From contig CAXXIN010000007.1 of the NCBI GenBank assembly GCA_963665275.2, positions 384,001 through 448,000 of the forward strand: a DNA stretch of 64,000 bases, written 5' to 3'. Source of the stretch: Negativicutes bacterium. Its GTDB lineage: Bacteria > Bacillota > Negativicutes > UBA1444. The position numbers and the translations under genes are program-made. Below are positions 9,339 through 20,251 of the stretch, one piece after another. The notes beneath the pieces are model-generated. The model was not told the DNA's origin and made no database searches. It was given only the letters and a program-made list of their open reading frames with translations. Within the stretch, counting starts at the first letter, position 1; the number at the start of each line of letters is the position of its first letter.

Positions 9339-9378
9339 AACGACTTGAATCACTTTGTGTGCTGCAAGTCGTTTTTTT
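9339..9378 (+). terminator. Intrinsic terminator
   Basis: AACGACTTG...CAAGTCGTT followed by a T-run. Confidence 0.7.
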
Positions 9379-9479
9379 CGTCTATTTCAAAGGTTTTTCA
9401 AATAGTTTAGTTCGATAAAGAATATAGATGAAAAATGCAATTTTCCTTGCCGCACATTGAACATAAGGGGGACGTAAAA

Positions 9480-9821
9480 ATGGGAGTATCGGCAGTATCC
9501 GGCGCCACAACGGTTTCATCCTCGCAAAATGACAGCAGCAGTGCCATCAAAACGTTAGAAAACCAAAAACAGCAGCTGCAAAATCAAATTACCACAATAA
9601 ACAAAGACAAAACTGCTTCCACGGAAGAGAAAGAAAAAAAGATCCAGGCATTGCAGGTACGAATTCAGGCAATTGACCTTCAAATTCAACAACTGCAGGA
9701 TAAGACAGAGGAAAAGCAAAAAGCCCAGACCCAACAATCGACTGCCACCACAGTTGCCGACGCCCAATCCGCCTCATCGAAGCAACAGCTCATTCAACAA
9801 AAAATTGATTTGGAAGCATAA
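9480..9821 (+). CDS. FlxA-like coiled-coil protein
   Basis: Ser-rich N-terminus, 'IKTLENQKQQLQNQI...KIQALQVRIQAIDLQIQQLQ' and C-terminal 'IDLEA'; AAGGGGG RBS. Confidence 0.7.
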   Translation: MGVSAVSGATTVSSSQNDSSSAIKTLENQKQQLQNQITTINKDKTASTEEKEKKIQALQVRIQAIDLQIQQLQDKTEEKQKAQTQQSTATTVADAQSASSKQQLIQQKIDLEA

Positions 9822-9831
9822 TTGTTTTGGT

Positions 9832-9861
9832 AAAAGCTCGCCACCCGGCGGGCTTTTTTTC
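9832..9861 (+). terminator. Intrinsic terminator
   Basis: AAAGCTCGCC-ACCC-GGCGGGCTTT followed by a T-run. Confidence 0.8.
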
Positions 9862-9969
9862 GTTTCAACCATTATTTATTTTTATTGTTGGGAGTAGGAA
9901 TTTTCTCCGCCTATAGGGAATTAAATGAAACAATGAATATGCTGCAAAATTTCTGGGAGGTGCGCCTTT

Positions 9970-11622
9970 ATGCCGATCCATCCATTCGCAGACAAGAAAG
10001 CCCCCGAGTCAATACTAGTGAACATTCCTCGTCTCATCTCCTCTTACTATGCCAATCATGCCGATGCCAGGGAAATATCCCAGCGAGTTTCATTCGGCAC
10101 TTCCGGCCATCGGGGAAGTTCTTTCCTGAACAGTTTTAATGAAGACCATATTCTCTGTATCACACAAGCCATCTGTAATTATCGGAAAACCAACGGTATC
10201 AGCGGTCCTTTGTTCATGGGCTTCGACACCCATGCATTATCGGAACCGGCTTTTATTTCCGCCCTTGAAGTACTAGCCGCCAATGGTGTGGAGACGATGA
10301 TTTCCCGGGAAATGAATTACACGCCGACGCCCGCCATTTCGCATGCAATTCTGGCTTATAATAAAGGCCGCTCATCCGCTCTCGCAGATGGAATCGTCAT
10401 TACCCCTTCGCACAACCCGCCGGACAATGGCGGCATCAAGTATAATCCTCCCAATGGGGGCCCGGCGGATACGAATATCACAGCGTGGATCGCAGATAGC
10501 GCCAATGAATTTTTGGCAAATGGGAACCGGGGCGTGCTGAGAATGTCTTATGAAAAGGCGCGCCATGCAAGCAATGTTCACGAATATGATTTCATCGGCC
10601 CTTATGTCAATGATCTGCAAAACATCATCGACATGGACGCCATCAAAGCGGCGGGGCTTCACCTCGGAGCCGATGCGATGGGCGGCGCAGGACTCGGTTA
10701 TTGGCAGCCGATCGCGGATGCGTACGGACTCAACATCGACGTGCTGAACGCACATCCGGACCCGACTTTCAGCTTCATGACCGTGGATGGTGATGGCAAA
10801 ATCCGCATGGATTGTTCTTCACCGCATGCCATGGCGAGCTTGATTGGATTGAAAGAAAAATATGATATTTCATTTGGCAATGATGCGGATTTTGATCGTC
10901 ATGGAATTGTAACCAAAAGTGTTGGCTTGATGAATCCGAACCATTATCTCGCCGTAGCGATCAATTATCTGTTTGCCAACCGTCAAGGCTGGCGCTCGGA
11001 TGCCGCCGTTGGAAAAACGTTGGTCAGTTCATCCATGATTGACCGGATCGCTGCCGGACTGGGCCGCAGGCTTGCTGAAGTCCCGGTCGGCTTTAAATGG
11101 TTTGTAGACGGGCTGGTTGACGGTTCTCTGGGTTTCGGCGGAGAAGAAAGCGCCGGTGCGTCTTTTCTGAGAAAAGACGGCACGGTATGGACCACCGACA
11201 AAGACGGGATCATCCTATGTTTATTGGCAGCGGAAATCACCGCCAAGACCGGCAAAGACCCCGGACAGCATTATTTGGCTCTGACCGAGAAGTATGGGGC
11301 GCCTGTTTATGAACGAATTGACGCCGCGGCAACCTCACCGCAGAAAGCTGTGTTGGCCCGCTTATCGCCTGAACAGGTTACTGCGAATGAGCTGGCCGGT
11401 GAAAAAATCACCGCCAAACTTACGCGGGCGCCCGCCAACAATGCTGCCATCGGCGGACTAAAAGTCTGCACTGAAAACGGCTGGTTCGCCGCCCGTCCCT
11501 CCGGCACCGAAGACGTTTACAAAATATATGCCGAAAGTTTCAAGGGAACCACACACCTACAACAAATTCAATCCGAGGCTAAGCAGATTGTCAGTACCGC
11601 TTTTGCCTCGGCCGGCGTCTAA
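9970..11622 (+). CDS. pgm: Phosphoglucomutase (alpha-D-glucose-1,6-bisphosphate-dependent)
   Basis: [27 protein letters not shown] and RPSGTE motifs. Confidence 0.97.
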   Translation: MPIHPFADKKAPESILVNIPRLISSYYANHADAREISQRVSFGTSGHRGSSFLNSFNEDHILCITQAICNYRKTNGISGPLFMGFDTHALSEPAFISALEVLAANGVETMISREMNYTPTPAISHAILAYNKGRSSALADGIVITPSHNPPDNGGIKYNPPNGGPADTNITAWIADSANEFLANGNRGVLRMSYEKARHASNVHEYDFIGPYVNDLQNIIDMDAIKAAGLHLGADAMGGAGLGYWQPIADAYGLNIDVLNAHPDPTFSFMTVDGDGKIRMDCSSPHAMASLIGLKEKYDISFGNDADFDRHGIVTKSVGLMNPNHYLAVAINYLFANRQGWRSDAAVGKTLVSSSMIDRIAAGLGRRLAEVPVGFKWFVDGLVDGSLGFGGEESAGASFLRKDGTVWTTDKDGIILCLLAAEITAKTGKDPGQHYLALTEKYGAPVYERIDAAATSPQKAVLARLSPEQVTANELAGEKITAKLTRAPANNAAIGGLKVCTENGWFAARPSGTEDVYKIYAESFKGTTHLQQIQSEAKQIVSTAFASAGV

Positions 11623-11658
11623 AAATAATTTTCGGGATGATGTCGAAAAGGTGTAATT

Positions 11659-13026
11659 ATGATGAAACTCCCCCCCTTGCGAATATGGCGCACTCTCGTT
11701 CCTGTCTGCGCATTTGCGGCGACTGTGTTTTTGCTGTCCAAGCTCACTTACCCCTTGCCAGCATATACAGAAGTATTGCTTTGGTATTCGCGCCTTGATC
11801 CCCTGCTCCTGCTGAATCAGATGCGTACCGGCAGTATGCCTGGCTGGATCTGGCTTCCGCTACTTACCATTGTAGCAACGCTTTTATTGGGGCGTGTCTT
11901 CTGCGGCTGGTTCTGCCCGCTCGGTGGGCTGCTGACGCTTCTGCACAGTCTCAAACTATATGGCGCCAAGCTCCTGGGACGTCCGAATTTTCGCGGAGTT
12001 CCTCCTTTGTGGGTAACTCAACTCCTCCCCTGGCGTTACCCGTGGCTTTTGTTTTTGCTGACCCTGTTGGCTTTGGGCAGCAGCTGGCCCATGTTCCTGA
12101 GTCCGTTTCATCTTTTGACAGAAGAGCTGTCCCGGCTATGGTTGCAACAAATCCCCTGGTTGCTCGCCGGCATCCTTTTGCTGGGGCTGATCATTTTCCC
12201 GCGTTTCTGGTGTGTTTATCTGTGCCCCACCGGCCTGATTCTAGCCTGGCTCGCCAAATGGCGTCGCTTTGCTCCCAAACCACCGTCAACATGCATTCAT
12301 TGTGGCGCCTGCGAAAAGATCTGCCCTACCGGGGCCGCCAACCCCAGCCTGGCGACGACCACTGCCGACTGCCTCCTCTGTGGACGATGCAGTGAAATAT
12401 GTCCGGTCGGCAATTTTTCGTTTAACAACATTTCCCTTCCCGGGCAGGAGGAATCCTCCACCGGCAGCCATTTTACCCGCCGCGAGATCTTGCGGTCCGG
12501 AACAGCACTTGCTGCCGCCGGAGCGATCAGTCCCTTGCTTGCCCGCCCCGCAGACGCCAATCCGCTCAGGCCGCCTGGAGCCTTGGAGGAAGCGGACTTC
12601 CTGTCTACTTGCAGTCGCTGCGGTCGTTGTATCAAAGCCTGTCCCAGCAAATGCATCCGCTCCATGCCGCTCTCCAGCGGGCCGGTAATGTTCATGACAC
12701 CTTATATTATTGCCCGTGAGGCTCGCTGCGAATTGACGCAGCATTGCCAGCAGGTCTGCCCCACTGGTGCAATTGCCCGCGTCCCCATTGATAAGGTACT
12801 GATGGGGTTGGCTGAAATCGATCATTCACAGTGCCTGGGTTGGGCCCACGGGAAATTGTGCCTGCTTTGTCAGGAGCAGTGCCCGCAGCATGCCATCGAT
12901 TCCGATGATAAAGACCGTCCCTCCGTTCACGCCGAACTTTGCGTCGGCTGCGGCGCCTGTGAAAACGGCTGCCCTGTCGAACCAGCGGCGATTGTTGTCA
13001 AACCGCAACGACATCGGCGTCGATAG
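11659..13026 (+). CDS. Membrane polyferredoxin; NapH/MauN-like domain fused to NapG/MauM-like domain
   Basis: GRVFCGWFCPLG and RFWCVYLCP motifs, 2x[4Fe-4S], internal TRREIL, LRPPGALEEADFLSTCSRCGRC and further Cys clusters. Confidence 0.85.
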   Translation: MMKLPPLRIWRTLVPVCAFAATVFLLSKLTYPLPAYTEVLLWYSRLDPLLLLNQMRTGSMPGWIWLPLLTIVATLLLGRVFCGWFCPLGGLLTLLHSLKLYGAKLLGRPNFRGVPPLWVTQLLPWRYPWLLFLLTLLALGSSWPMFLSPFHLLTEELSRLWLQQIPWLLAGILLLGLIIFPRFWCVYLCPTGLILAWLAKWRRFAPKPPSTCIHCGACEKICPTGAANPSLATTTADCLLCGRCSEICPVGNFSFNNISLPGQEESSTGSHFTRREILRSGTALAAAGAISPLLARPADANPLRPPGALEEADFLSTCSRCGRCIKACPSKCIRSMPLSSGPVMFMTPYIIAREARCELTQHCQQVCPTGAIARVPIDKVLMGLAEIDHSQCLGWAHGKLCLLCQEQCPQHAIDSDDKDRPSVHAELCVGCGACENGCPVEPAAIVVKPQRHRRR

Positions 13027-13271
13027 TTGGTCGGAATCATAGTTTCTTAAAATCAGCGCTTGACAAATTTCTCTATTAACGATATTATAATAAAGATTGT
13101 TTCCCATTACTTTAATCAAAATCAACGATGTGAAAGAGCAAAGCCTGTTGCCCCAGATTTCTCTTGCGTTTCGTAGTCACAGATAGTATTTGGTAACAGT
13201 CGGATGGTAATTGCGGCTGATGACGTGCTGGCACGTCAAAATTACCAATTTCTGAATTACGGAGGAAGAAA

Positions 13272-13445
13272 ATGATGGAACAACGACTTCAGCATCTGGT
13301 GCAGCGCCTTAGCCTTATCGGCTACCGCTCGCACGAGATCAAGAATATCGTCAAATCTTCAGCGGGCGGCGACGCCGAGCTGATAGGACAACTTGAACGA
13401 TATGAAAAACTCGGCTTGCAATATCTGCACAATTACAGCCAGTGA
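13272..13445 (+). CDS. Small hypothetical protein (57 aa, MMEQRLQHLVQRLSLIGYRSHE...YSQ)
   Basis: GGAGG RBS, own TTGACA promoter (13061) and terminator; below the ORF-track size cutoff. Confidence 0.75.
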   Translation: MMEQRLQHLVQRLSLIGYRSHEIKNIVKSSAGGDAELIGQLERYEKLGLQYLHNYSQ

Positions 13446-13452
13446 CGCTGTT

Positions 13453-13495
13453 AAACCGGAAGCATAACAAACTATGCTTCCGGTTTATTTTTTGC
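13453..13495 (+). terminator. Intrinsic terminator
   Basis: AAACCGGAAGCATA...TATGCTTCCGGTTT followed by ATTTTTT. Confidence 0.85.
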
Positions 13496-13659
13496 AATAT
13501 CAGGAACGCATGTTCCTTGGAAAAAAACAATGTACTTGAGTCTCACTTTCGTAGTAGAATATGAATTGTTTACGATCCATTTCAAGCGTAGGGCTCAAGA
13601 ATTTTTATTAATCTGTAGTCTTATCGTTATTAAGAATATAGAAAGGAACGATTACTATA

Positions 13660-15153
13660 ATGCTAGTTCATCAACTGATTTCCCAGGGACAGCCTTCAAC
13701 CATAGCTTTCCATAGCCCCAGGGAAATCTCTTATGCACAATTACAAAAAGAATGCTTCGAATATCGTAATTTTTTCTATCATCAGGGAATTCGCGCCGGT
13801 GAGAACGTCGGTCTGTTTTCACGCAACTCCGCTGAATTTGTTTACAGTTACATGGCCCTTTCAAGTTTGGGCGCGATCATAGTCCCGTTGAATTTTCAGC
13901 TGACTGCCCGAGAAATTGCTTATATTGTAAAAGATGCTCAGATGAAATGTCTTGTCACCATGGAGGCCTTGGACATCAACGCCGAACTGAATCAGCAGGA
14001 CTATTCTGTCGACGTAACTCAACTGATCCTTCCCGAGTTCAGCGGAATTTTCGCAGCAAACCGTTTTGACCAGGCGCCTTCATTTGAAGATATTATTGAA
14101 GAAAACTCCCCCTGCGTTATCATCTATACTTCCGGCACGACCGGCAATCCCAAGGGTGCAATCCTCACACACAAGAACCTGATCAGCAACGCATACGCCT
14201 TCGGATCCGTCTTACCCCCGGGTTCTAGTCTTGACAACATTTTGTGTGTGTTGCCCATGTATCATTCCTTTGCCTGGACCTGCTCCGTTCTGTATCCCCT
14301 CACCCTGGGCGCCTCCATCAGCATTCTGGACGGTTTTACACCCAAGGATACTCTTGCCACGATCAAAGAAAAGTCGGTCACCATCGTTTTTGGTGTGCCA
14401 CCCATATACAACTATCTCACCCGAATCGGGACGCCCGAAGATTTGGAGAGCGTCCGGACCTTCGTATCCGGTGGCGCAGCCTTGCCGCAAAAGGTGGCAG
14501 AGCAGTTCCTGCAGAAATATGGAACTCCCATTCTCGAAGGCTATGGGCTGTCAGAAGCCTCACCGGTGGTATCGCTGAATCCGGTGGATAAAGCCAAGTT
14601 TCGCTCCATCGGCAAGCCTTTACCTGGTGTCACAGTCCGGATCGTCAATACAAAGGGCGAAACGATGCCTGTGGATGCCGTCGGAGAACTCGTTGTACAG
14701 GGCCCTAACGTGATGCAGGGTTATTATAACCTGCCGGTAGAAACTTCACGAGCGCTCCGCAACAATTGGCTGCATACCGGAGATATCGCCTACCAGGATG
14801 CAGACGGCTATTTATTCATCGTAGATCGTCTCAAAGATATGATCATTATCAATGGTGAAAATGTCTATCCGCGAGAAATCGAAGAAATCCTCTATGCTTT
14901 TCCAGGAGTCGTTGAGGCCGCCGTTATCGGCGTTCCTGATACACTTCGCGGCGAAGCGGTCCGTGCCTATATCGTAATGGAAGAGGGCTGTTCCATGGAC
15001 CGAAAGGCGATCCGGAACTATCTCCAGCCATTACTGGCCGCATACAAAGTCCCCCGCGATATTCTACTCATGGATACTCTGCCCAAAAACAAAACTGGCA
15101 AGATCATGAAACGTCTACTGCGTGAACAGCTTGAGATCGATAATGCGCGATAA
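13660..15153 (+). CDS. Long-chain-fatty-acid--CoA ligase (AMP-binding family)
   Basis: YTSGTTGNPKG, EGYGLSE, HTGD, DRLKDMII and GKI motifs. Confidence 0.92.
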   Translation: MLVHQLISQGQPSTIAFHSPREISYAQLQKECFEYRNFFYHQGIRAGENVGLFSRNSAEFVYSYMALSSLGAIIVPLNFQLTAREIAYIVKDAQMKCLVTMEALDINAELNQQDYSVDVTQLILPEFSGIFAANRFDQAPSFEDIIEENSPCVIIYTSGTTGNPKGAILTHKNLISNAYAFGSVLPPGSSLDNILCVLPMYHSFAWTCSVLYPLTLGASISILDGFTPKDTLATIKEKSVTIVFGVPPIYNYLTRIGTPEDLESVRTFVSGGAALPQKVAEQFLQKYGTPILEGYGLSEASPVVSLNPVDKAKFRSIGKPLPGVTVRIVNTKGETMPVDAVGELVVQGPNVMQGYYNLPVETSRALRNNWLHTGDIAYQDADGYLFIVDRLKDMIIINGENVYPREIEEILYAFPGVVEAAVIGVPDTLRGEAVRAYIVMEEGCSMDRKAIRNYLQPLLAAYKVPRDILLMDTLPKNKTGKIMKRLLREQLEIDNAR

Positions 15154-15191
15154 ATGTTTCATTACCAATATTATAAGGGAGAGGATTCAAA

Positions 15192-16037
15192 ATGGCAGAG
15201 CTTAGAGGATCCGAGATTGTGGATTATTTTGCCCAAATTGCGCCATATGTGAACGAGATCATCCCCGGAGACATTGGTGTCACGATTGCCAAGGATTACA
15301 AGTATACCCTGTATGTTCCTGCCGACGGTCTGAATCTCGGTACCAAGCCCGGTGAGGAAGTTCGTCCCGGCGGCACTCGACAGGCTTTTGAAACCGGCAA
15401 ACAAGTAGTCCGGGTAATTCCCAAAGAAAAATCTGCCTACGGGGTAGGTTATATTGTATGCGCCACACCGTTTTTCGATGAGGGCAAAGTTGCCGGCGTC
15501 ATTACTATTACACAAGGCACTGCCCAATTTGAAAAAATCAACGGCGCCGCTACCGATCTGGCAGCCTCCTCCGAAGAATTGTCCGCCAGCATTCAGGAAT
15601 TGGCCAGCCGGGCCGCACAATTGGCTTCAACCAGCAACGAGCTTGAAAAACTCAGCCGCGATCTGCAGGACAATGCCAAGAAAACCGATGAAATCGTCGC
15701 TTTTATTAAACAAGTTGCCGGGCAAACCAACTTGCTGGGCCTGAATGCCGCCATCGAAGCGGCCCGCGTCGGCGAAGCCGGGCGCGGGTTTGGCGTCGTA
15801 GCCGAAGAGGTCAGAAAACTGGCGGCAGCCAGCGCGGAGTCCGTCAAGACCATTTCTGCGGCTTTGGGAAACATCGCCGCTTCTGTGGCTACCCTTTCAA
15901 AGAAAGTCCAGGAAATCGACGCCAATGCTGCCGGACAGACGGCCGCCCTGCACGAAATGGCCAAGGCCAGCCAAGACTTGGCGGTTCTCGCGGGCGGGCT
16001 CTCCGAAGCTTCCAAGGAACTATTCGAACTCGAATAA
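15192..16037 (+). CDS. Soluble methyl-accepting chemotaxis protein
   Basis: [34 protein letters not shown] signalling hairpin; no TM segments. Confidence 0.93.
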   Translation: MAELRGSEIVDYFAQIAPYVNEIIPGDIGVTIAKDYKYTLYVPADGLNLGTKPGEEVRPGGTRQAFETGKQVVRVIPKEKSAYGVGYIVCATPFFDEGKVAGVITITQGTAQFEKINGAATDLAASSEELSASIQELASRAAQLASTSNELEKLSRDLQDNAKKTDEIVAFIKQVAGQTNLLGLNAAIEAARVGEAGRGFGVVAEEVRKLAAASAESVKTISAALGNIAASVATLSKKVQEIDANAAGQTAALHEMAKASQDLAVLAGGLSEASKELFELE

Positions 16038-16298
16038 GCCGCATTAGCAAAGTCCTGCCGGCTTATTCCATACCATACACCTCAAGCTTATAAAACCAAT
16101 TATCGTGTCAGGCGATGATTGGTTTTGTTCTTATGGTTTGTTTTTGTTCGAAGCAGGAATTTTCAATCAATAACCGAATAGTAATGGTGAGCAAATTAAT
16201 AAAACGGTTTTGTATGACGCGAGGGACTTCATCCGCTGTCCGGCCGTGGATCCGGCGCCGATGGAGTCCCTGAAATTTTCTCTGGAGGCGAAGAATCG

Positions 16299-17318
16299 AT
16301 GAAATCAGTTGTTTTGACGAAAGCCAGGTCTTTGGAAATTCAGGAACATTCCATGCCGGAAATACAGAATACAGATGCCATTCTCATTCGCGTAAAAGCC
16401 GTTGGAATCTGCGGTTCGGATGTCCATGCCTACGATGGTTCCCTGACCACAATCAAATACCCGCGCACTATCGGTCATGAAGTTGTCGGGGAAGTGATGG
16501 CTGTCGGTGAAGCCGTGACACACGTGCAGCCGGGCGATCATGTCGCCATGGACCCCGTTGTGAGTTGCGGCAAATGTCTTCCTTGCCGCAATGGACGCCG
16601 CAACGTATGCCGCGATGTCAAGTGCATGGGAGTCGCCGCCGAAGGCGGCGCCGCGGAATACATCATCCTGCCGGCCATTAATGTTGTCAAAATGCCGACG
16701 GATATTCCCTGGCGTGATGCAGTCTTGGCCGAGCCCTTCACCATCGGCGCAAACTCTACCGCCCAGGCGCGAGTGGCGCCGGGAGATATAGCGCTCATTA
16801 TGGGAGCTGGAACCATCGGACTCGTGGCTATGCAGGCAGCGAAGCTGCGGGGCGCCCGCGTGATGATCGCCGATATCGTGGACAATCGTCTGGAACTAGC
16901 CAAAACATTGGGTGCGGACCGAATCATCAATACCAGGAAGGAAGATCTAGCTGCCGCTGTTGCCGAATTTACCGACGGTGAAGGTGTCACCGTCTTCATC
17001 GATGCGGTTGGGGTTCCCGCCCTGCTGCTTCTGGGTTTGGAATTAACAGCTCCAACCGGTCGCGTGGTGGCGCTGGGTTTGACTGGCGACATCCTGACAT
17101 TTCCTCAGGCCGCCATATCAAAAAAAGAACTCGAATTGATTGGCTCACGGATGCATTCCAATCGTTTCCCTGAAGTCATTCGCTGGATCAGTGAAAAGAA
17201 AGTTCAGCCCGGTCCAATGGTTTCGCACGCGTTCCCTTTCTCTCAAGCGCAAGCCGCCTTCGATCTCATCGAAAAAAGTCCTGCAACTACCTGCAAAGTA
17301 ATCCTGACATTTGATTGA
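16299..17318 (+). CDS. Zn-dependent sugar-acid/polyol dehydrogenase (RspB/YjjN-like MDR family)
   Basis: GICGSD, GHE, DPVVSCGKCLPC...C, EPFTI and GAGTIG motifs. Confidence 0.88.
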   Translation: MKSVVLTKARSLEIQEHSMPEIQNTDAILIRVKAVGICGSDVHAYDGSLTTIKYPRTIGHEVVGEVMAVGEAVTHVQPGDHVAMDPVVSCGKCLPCRNGRRNVCRDVKCMGVAAEGGAAEYIILPAINVVKMPTDIPWRDAVLAEPFTIGANSTAQARVAPGDIALIMGAGTIGLVAMQAAKLRGARVMIADIVDNRLELAKTLGADRIINTRKEDLAAAVAEFTDGEGVTVFIDAVGVPALLLLGLELTAPTGRVVALGLTGDILTFPQAAISKKELELIGSRMHSNRFPEVIRWISEKKVQPGPMVSHAFPFSQAQAAFDLIEKSPATTCKVILTFD

Positions 17319-17440
17319 TTTTCCCCAAAGTGCTTGATATAATGCCGATATAGCGTGAGGTGTTCTTCGAGCGGAGGCATCTCACATTTTTTCTGTAGAG
17401 CAACTACTGTTCTCGCGCAACATGACAGGAGGAAGAAATT

Positions 17441-18784
17441 TTGCGTATCATTATCATCGGCGCCGGCAAAGTCGGTTTCAAGCTGGCAGAAAAATTATCG
17501 CATGAAAAACATGAGGTCTTGGTCATTGAGCAAAATGAAGATCGTCGCAAAATACTGCAGGAACATTTGGACGTCCTGGTCTCTGGCGGTAATGGAGCCA
17601 GTCCCCTTGTTCTGTCGGATGTCGGTATCACGAATACGGATCTCTTGATTGCCGTGACCGACCAGGATGAAGTAAATATGCTGGCCTGCATGGTCGGCAA
17701 ACGGGCCGGCGTCGCTCGTACAATCGCCCGGGTCCGCAGCCCTGAATACGTTCAAAAAGATCAGGCGCTGTTTCGGGAATGGATGGGAATCGACCTGTTA
17801 ATCAACCCGGAAATGGTAACAGCACTCGAAATTCTTCAAATACTAAAGACACCTGCCGCTTTGGACGTGGAAGAATTTGCCGAAGGGCTGGTTCGCTTAC
17901 TGGAGGTGAATTTGCGTGTGAATTCACCTTTTGCCAACATCCAGTTAAAAAATCTAACCCTGCCCCCCAACATTTTGGTCGTCGGAATCCTGCGGCAAGA
18001 TAAAATGATCATTCCTAACGGCAGTGACATGCTCTTGCCTGATGATCATGTTTTTTTCATCGGTGAACATGATGCTATCATCGAGTTTGAAAGCAATTTT
18101 ACGCAAAAACTTTCGAAAGTTGAAAGGGTATTGATCATCGGCGCCGGACGTGTGGGTCGCAACCTGGCGGTTCTGTTGGAACAGAGTGGAATTTCGGTAA
18201 AAATAATCGACCGCGACCCGGAACGCTGCGAAGCTACAGCCTGCCTATTAAACAAAGGTATCGTACTGAACGGAGACGGCACTGACATCGATCTCTTGAC
18301 GCAGGAGGGAGCGGGCGAAGCTGATGCGATTGTCTGTCTCACCAATGATGACAAACTGAACCTTCTGGTAGCTCTACTGGCCAAGCGCCTCGGCGCCAAG
18401 AAAACGTTTGTCCGCGTAGGTCGTACGGAGTACGTTTCGATCATGCAGCAAGTCGGCGTTGATGTCGCGCTTTCACCGCAAATCATTACTGCCGGAGCCA
18501 TCTTGCGCTTCATACGTGAGGGAGATATGGTCTCTTTCATGCTGTTCGAAGGCGCAAAAGCAGAAGCAATGGAAATCATTGTTCCCAGCAATGCCAAAAT
18601 CACAAGAACTCCCTTGCACGAAGTTCAATTTCCGGATCAGGCACTGATCGGCATGGTGGTTCGTGGCGCTACCGCTATGATTCCAGATGGAAATACGATT
18701 CTGCAGTCGGGCGACCGTGCGGTTATCTTCACTGTACCCGAGCAAGCGGATATTATCTTCTCTCTCTTCCAGGCTAAGAGGTAG
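17441..18784 (+). CDS. trkA: Trk potassium uptake NAD-binding subunit
   Basis: Two RCK_N domains (GAGKVG, GAGRVG) plus RCK_C domains. Confidence 0.95.
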   Translation: MRIIIIGAGKVGFKLAEKLSHEKHEVLVIEQNEDRRKILQEHLDVLVSGGNGASPLVLSDVGITNTDLLIAVTDQDEVNMLACMVGKRAGVARTIARVRSPEYVQKDQALFREWMGIDLLINPEMVTALEILQILKTPAALDVEEFAEGLVRLLEVNLRVNSPFANIQLKNLTLPPNILVVGILRQDKMIIPNGSDMLLPDDHVFFIGEHDAIIEFESNFTQKLSKVERVLIIGAGRVGRNLAVLLEQSGISVKIIDRDPERCEATACLLNKGIVLNGDGTDIDLLTQEGAGEADAIVCLTNDDKLNLLVALLAKRLGAKKTFVRVGRTEYVSIMQQVGVDVALSPQIITAGAILRFIREGDMVSFMLFEGAKAEAMEIIVPSNAKITRTPLHEVQFPDQALIGMVVRGATAMIPDGNTILQSGDRAVIFTVPEQADIIFSLFQAKR

Positions 18785-18790
18785 CAGCTC

Positions 18791-20245
18791 ATGGATTATC
18801 GTTCGACAATCTCAATCTTGGGCCGTTTGACTTTTGGTTATGGACTCTGTATTTTAATGCCGGCACTTTTTTCTCTGTTTGAAGGGGACTTCGCTTGGAA
18901 ACCCCTGTTTTATGCTTCCCTGATCGCTCAACTTCTCGGGGTTGGTATGGCTATGATCCGACGCGAAACTCACCATATCGGAATCCGGGAAGGCTTCGCG
19001 ATCGTCGGGTTTGGCTGGATTATCGCCTCGCTCCTCGGAGCTCTGCCCTATACATTTTCAGGAATCCTGCCCAACTATGTGGATGCGGTATTTGAAACAG
19101 TTTCGGGGCTCACAACCACAGGAGCTTCTGTCATCTCCGACTTGGAGATCGTTCCCCGCGGAATCCTGCTCTGGCGAAGCCTCACCCACTGGCTGGGCGG
19201 CATGGGAATCATCGTTCTGTTCATCGCTTTCCTGCCAGAAATCGGCGCTGGCGCGATCCACATGTTCCGGGCCGAAGTCCCCGGGCCGAACGCCGATCGG
19301 GTAGTTCCGCGTCTTCGCGATACAGCAGTCGCATTATGGGGGATCTATACGGTTCTCACTGTAGCACAGACTTTATTACTGCTGCTTGCCGGAATGTCTT
19401 TTTTCGAATCCGTCAACCATACATTTGCAACGATGGCAACAGGTGGATTTTCGACCAAGAACAATAGTATTCTTTATTTTGACAACCTAGCGGCCGAATT
19501 GATCATTGTCCTGTTCATGACCATTGCCGGCGGGAACTTCGGACTATACTTTCTCGTATGGAAAAAGGGCATCCGCGTGCTCTTCCATGATCTGGAATTC
19601 AAAGCATATCTGGCCATCATGGGTTTTTCCACCCTGGTCATGTCCGCCAACCTCATCCTGGCAGCTGGACAACCAACTGGCCAAGCGCTACGAGATTCTC
19701 TGTTTGCGGCGTCTTCCATTATGACCACCACGGGGTTTGTTACGGCGGATTTTGACCGCTGGCCTGCTTTTTCCAAATTCGTCCTTTTGCTTCTAATGTT
19801 TGTCGGCGGATGCGCCGGATCAACAGCCGGCGCCATCAAGGTTGTTCGCCTGCTTTTACTTGGCAAACAATCCTGGACGGAGTTAAAAAGAGAGCTCCAC
19901 CCTAGAATGGTGTTTACGGTAAAAATAGACGGAAAGCCAGTCGCTCAGAGTATCCTCCAAGTAACTGGCCAGTTTTTTTTCGTGTATATCTCCACTTTTG
20001 TCTTGTCGGTGCTGCTGGTCACCGCCGCCGGGATGGAAGCCTGGGACGGCATAGGCGCTGTCGCTGCGACACTTGGCAATGTCGGCCCCGGATTCGGAGT
20101 GGTGGGTCCCACTACCACCTACAGCCTGCTGTCGGACTTCATCAAAATTGTTTTATCCGCCTGTATGCTGCTGGGTCGTTTAGAGTTGTTCACGTTGCTG
20201 ATTTTCCTGCGCCCTGAATTTTGGCGCGCCCATCGCAATTGGTAA
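18791..20245 (+). CDS. trkH: Trk potassium uptake membrane subunit
   Basis: SGLTTTGA, WLGGMG, TGGFS, TTTGF, GNVGPG and GRLE motifs. Confidence 0.95.
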   Translation: MDYRSTISILGRLTFGYGLCILMPALFSLFEGDFAWKPLFYASLIAQLLGVGMAMIRRETHHIGIREGFAIVGFGWIIASLLGALPYTFSGILPNYVDAVFETVSGLTTTGASVISDLEIVPRGILLWRSLTHWLGGMGIIVLFIAFLPEIGAGAIHMFRAEVPGPNADRVVPRLRDTAVALWGIYTVLTVAQTLLLLLAGMSFFESVNHTFATMATGGFSTKNNSILYFDNLAAELIIVLFMTIAGGNFGLYFLVWKKGIRVLFHDLEFKAYLAIMGFSTLVMSANLILAAGQPTGQALRDSLFAASSIMTTTGFVTADFDRWPAFSKFVLLLLMFVGGCAGSTAGAIKVVRLLLLGKQSWTELKRELHPRMVFTVKIDGKPVAQSILQVTGQFFFVYISTFVLSVLLVTAAGMEAWDGIGAVAATLGNVGPGFGVVGPTTTYSLLSDFIKIVLSACMLLGRLELFTLLIFLRPEFWRAHRNW

Positions 20246-20251
20246 CGTTTT

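Noticed and set aside
9385-9420. Sigma-28 promoter before the FlxA-like gene
   Set aside because: Only a weak match (TCGATAA) with imperfect -35 spacing.
13195-13245. Fluoride riboswitch suggested by GCTGATGAC
   Set aside because: The upstream GAUGG..GUUC.CC and downstream CUAC pseudoknot elements are missing, and no crcB/eriC gene follows.
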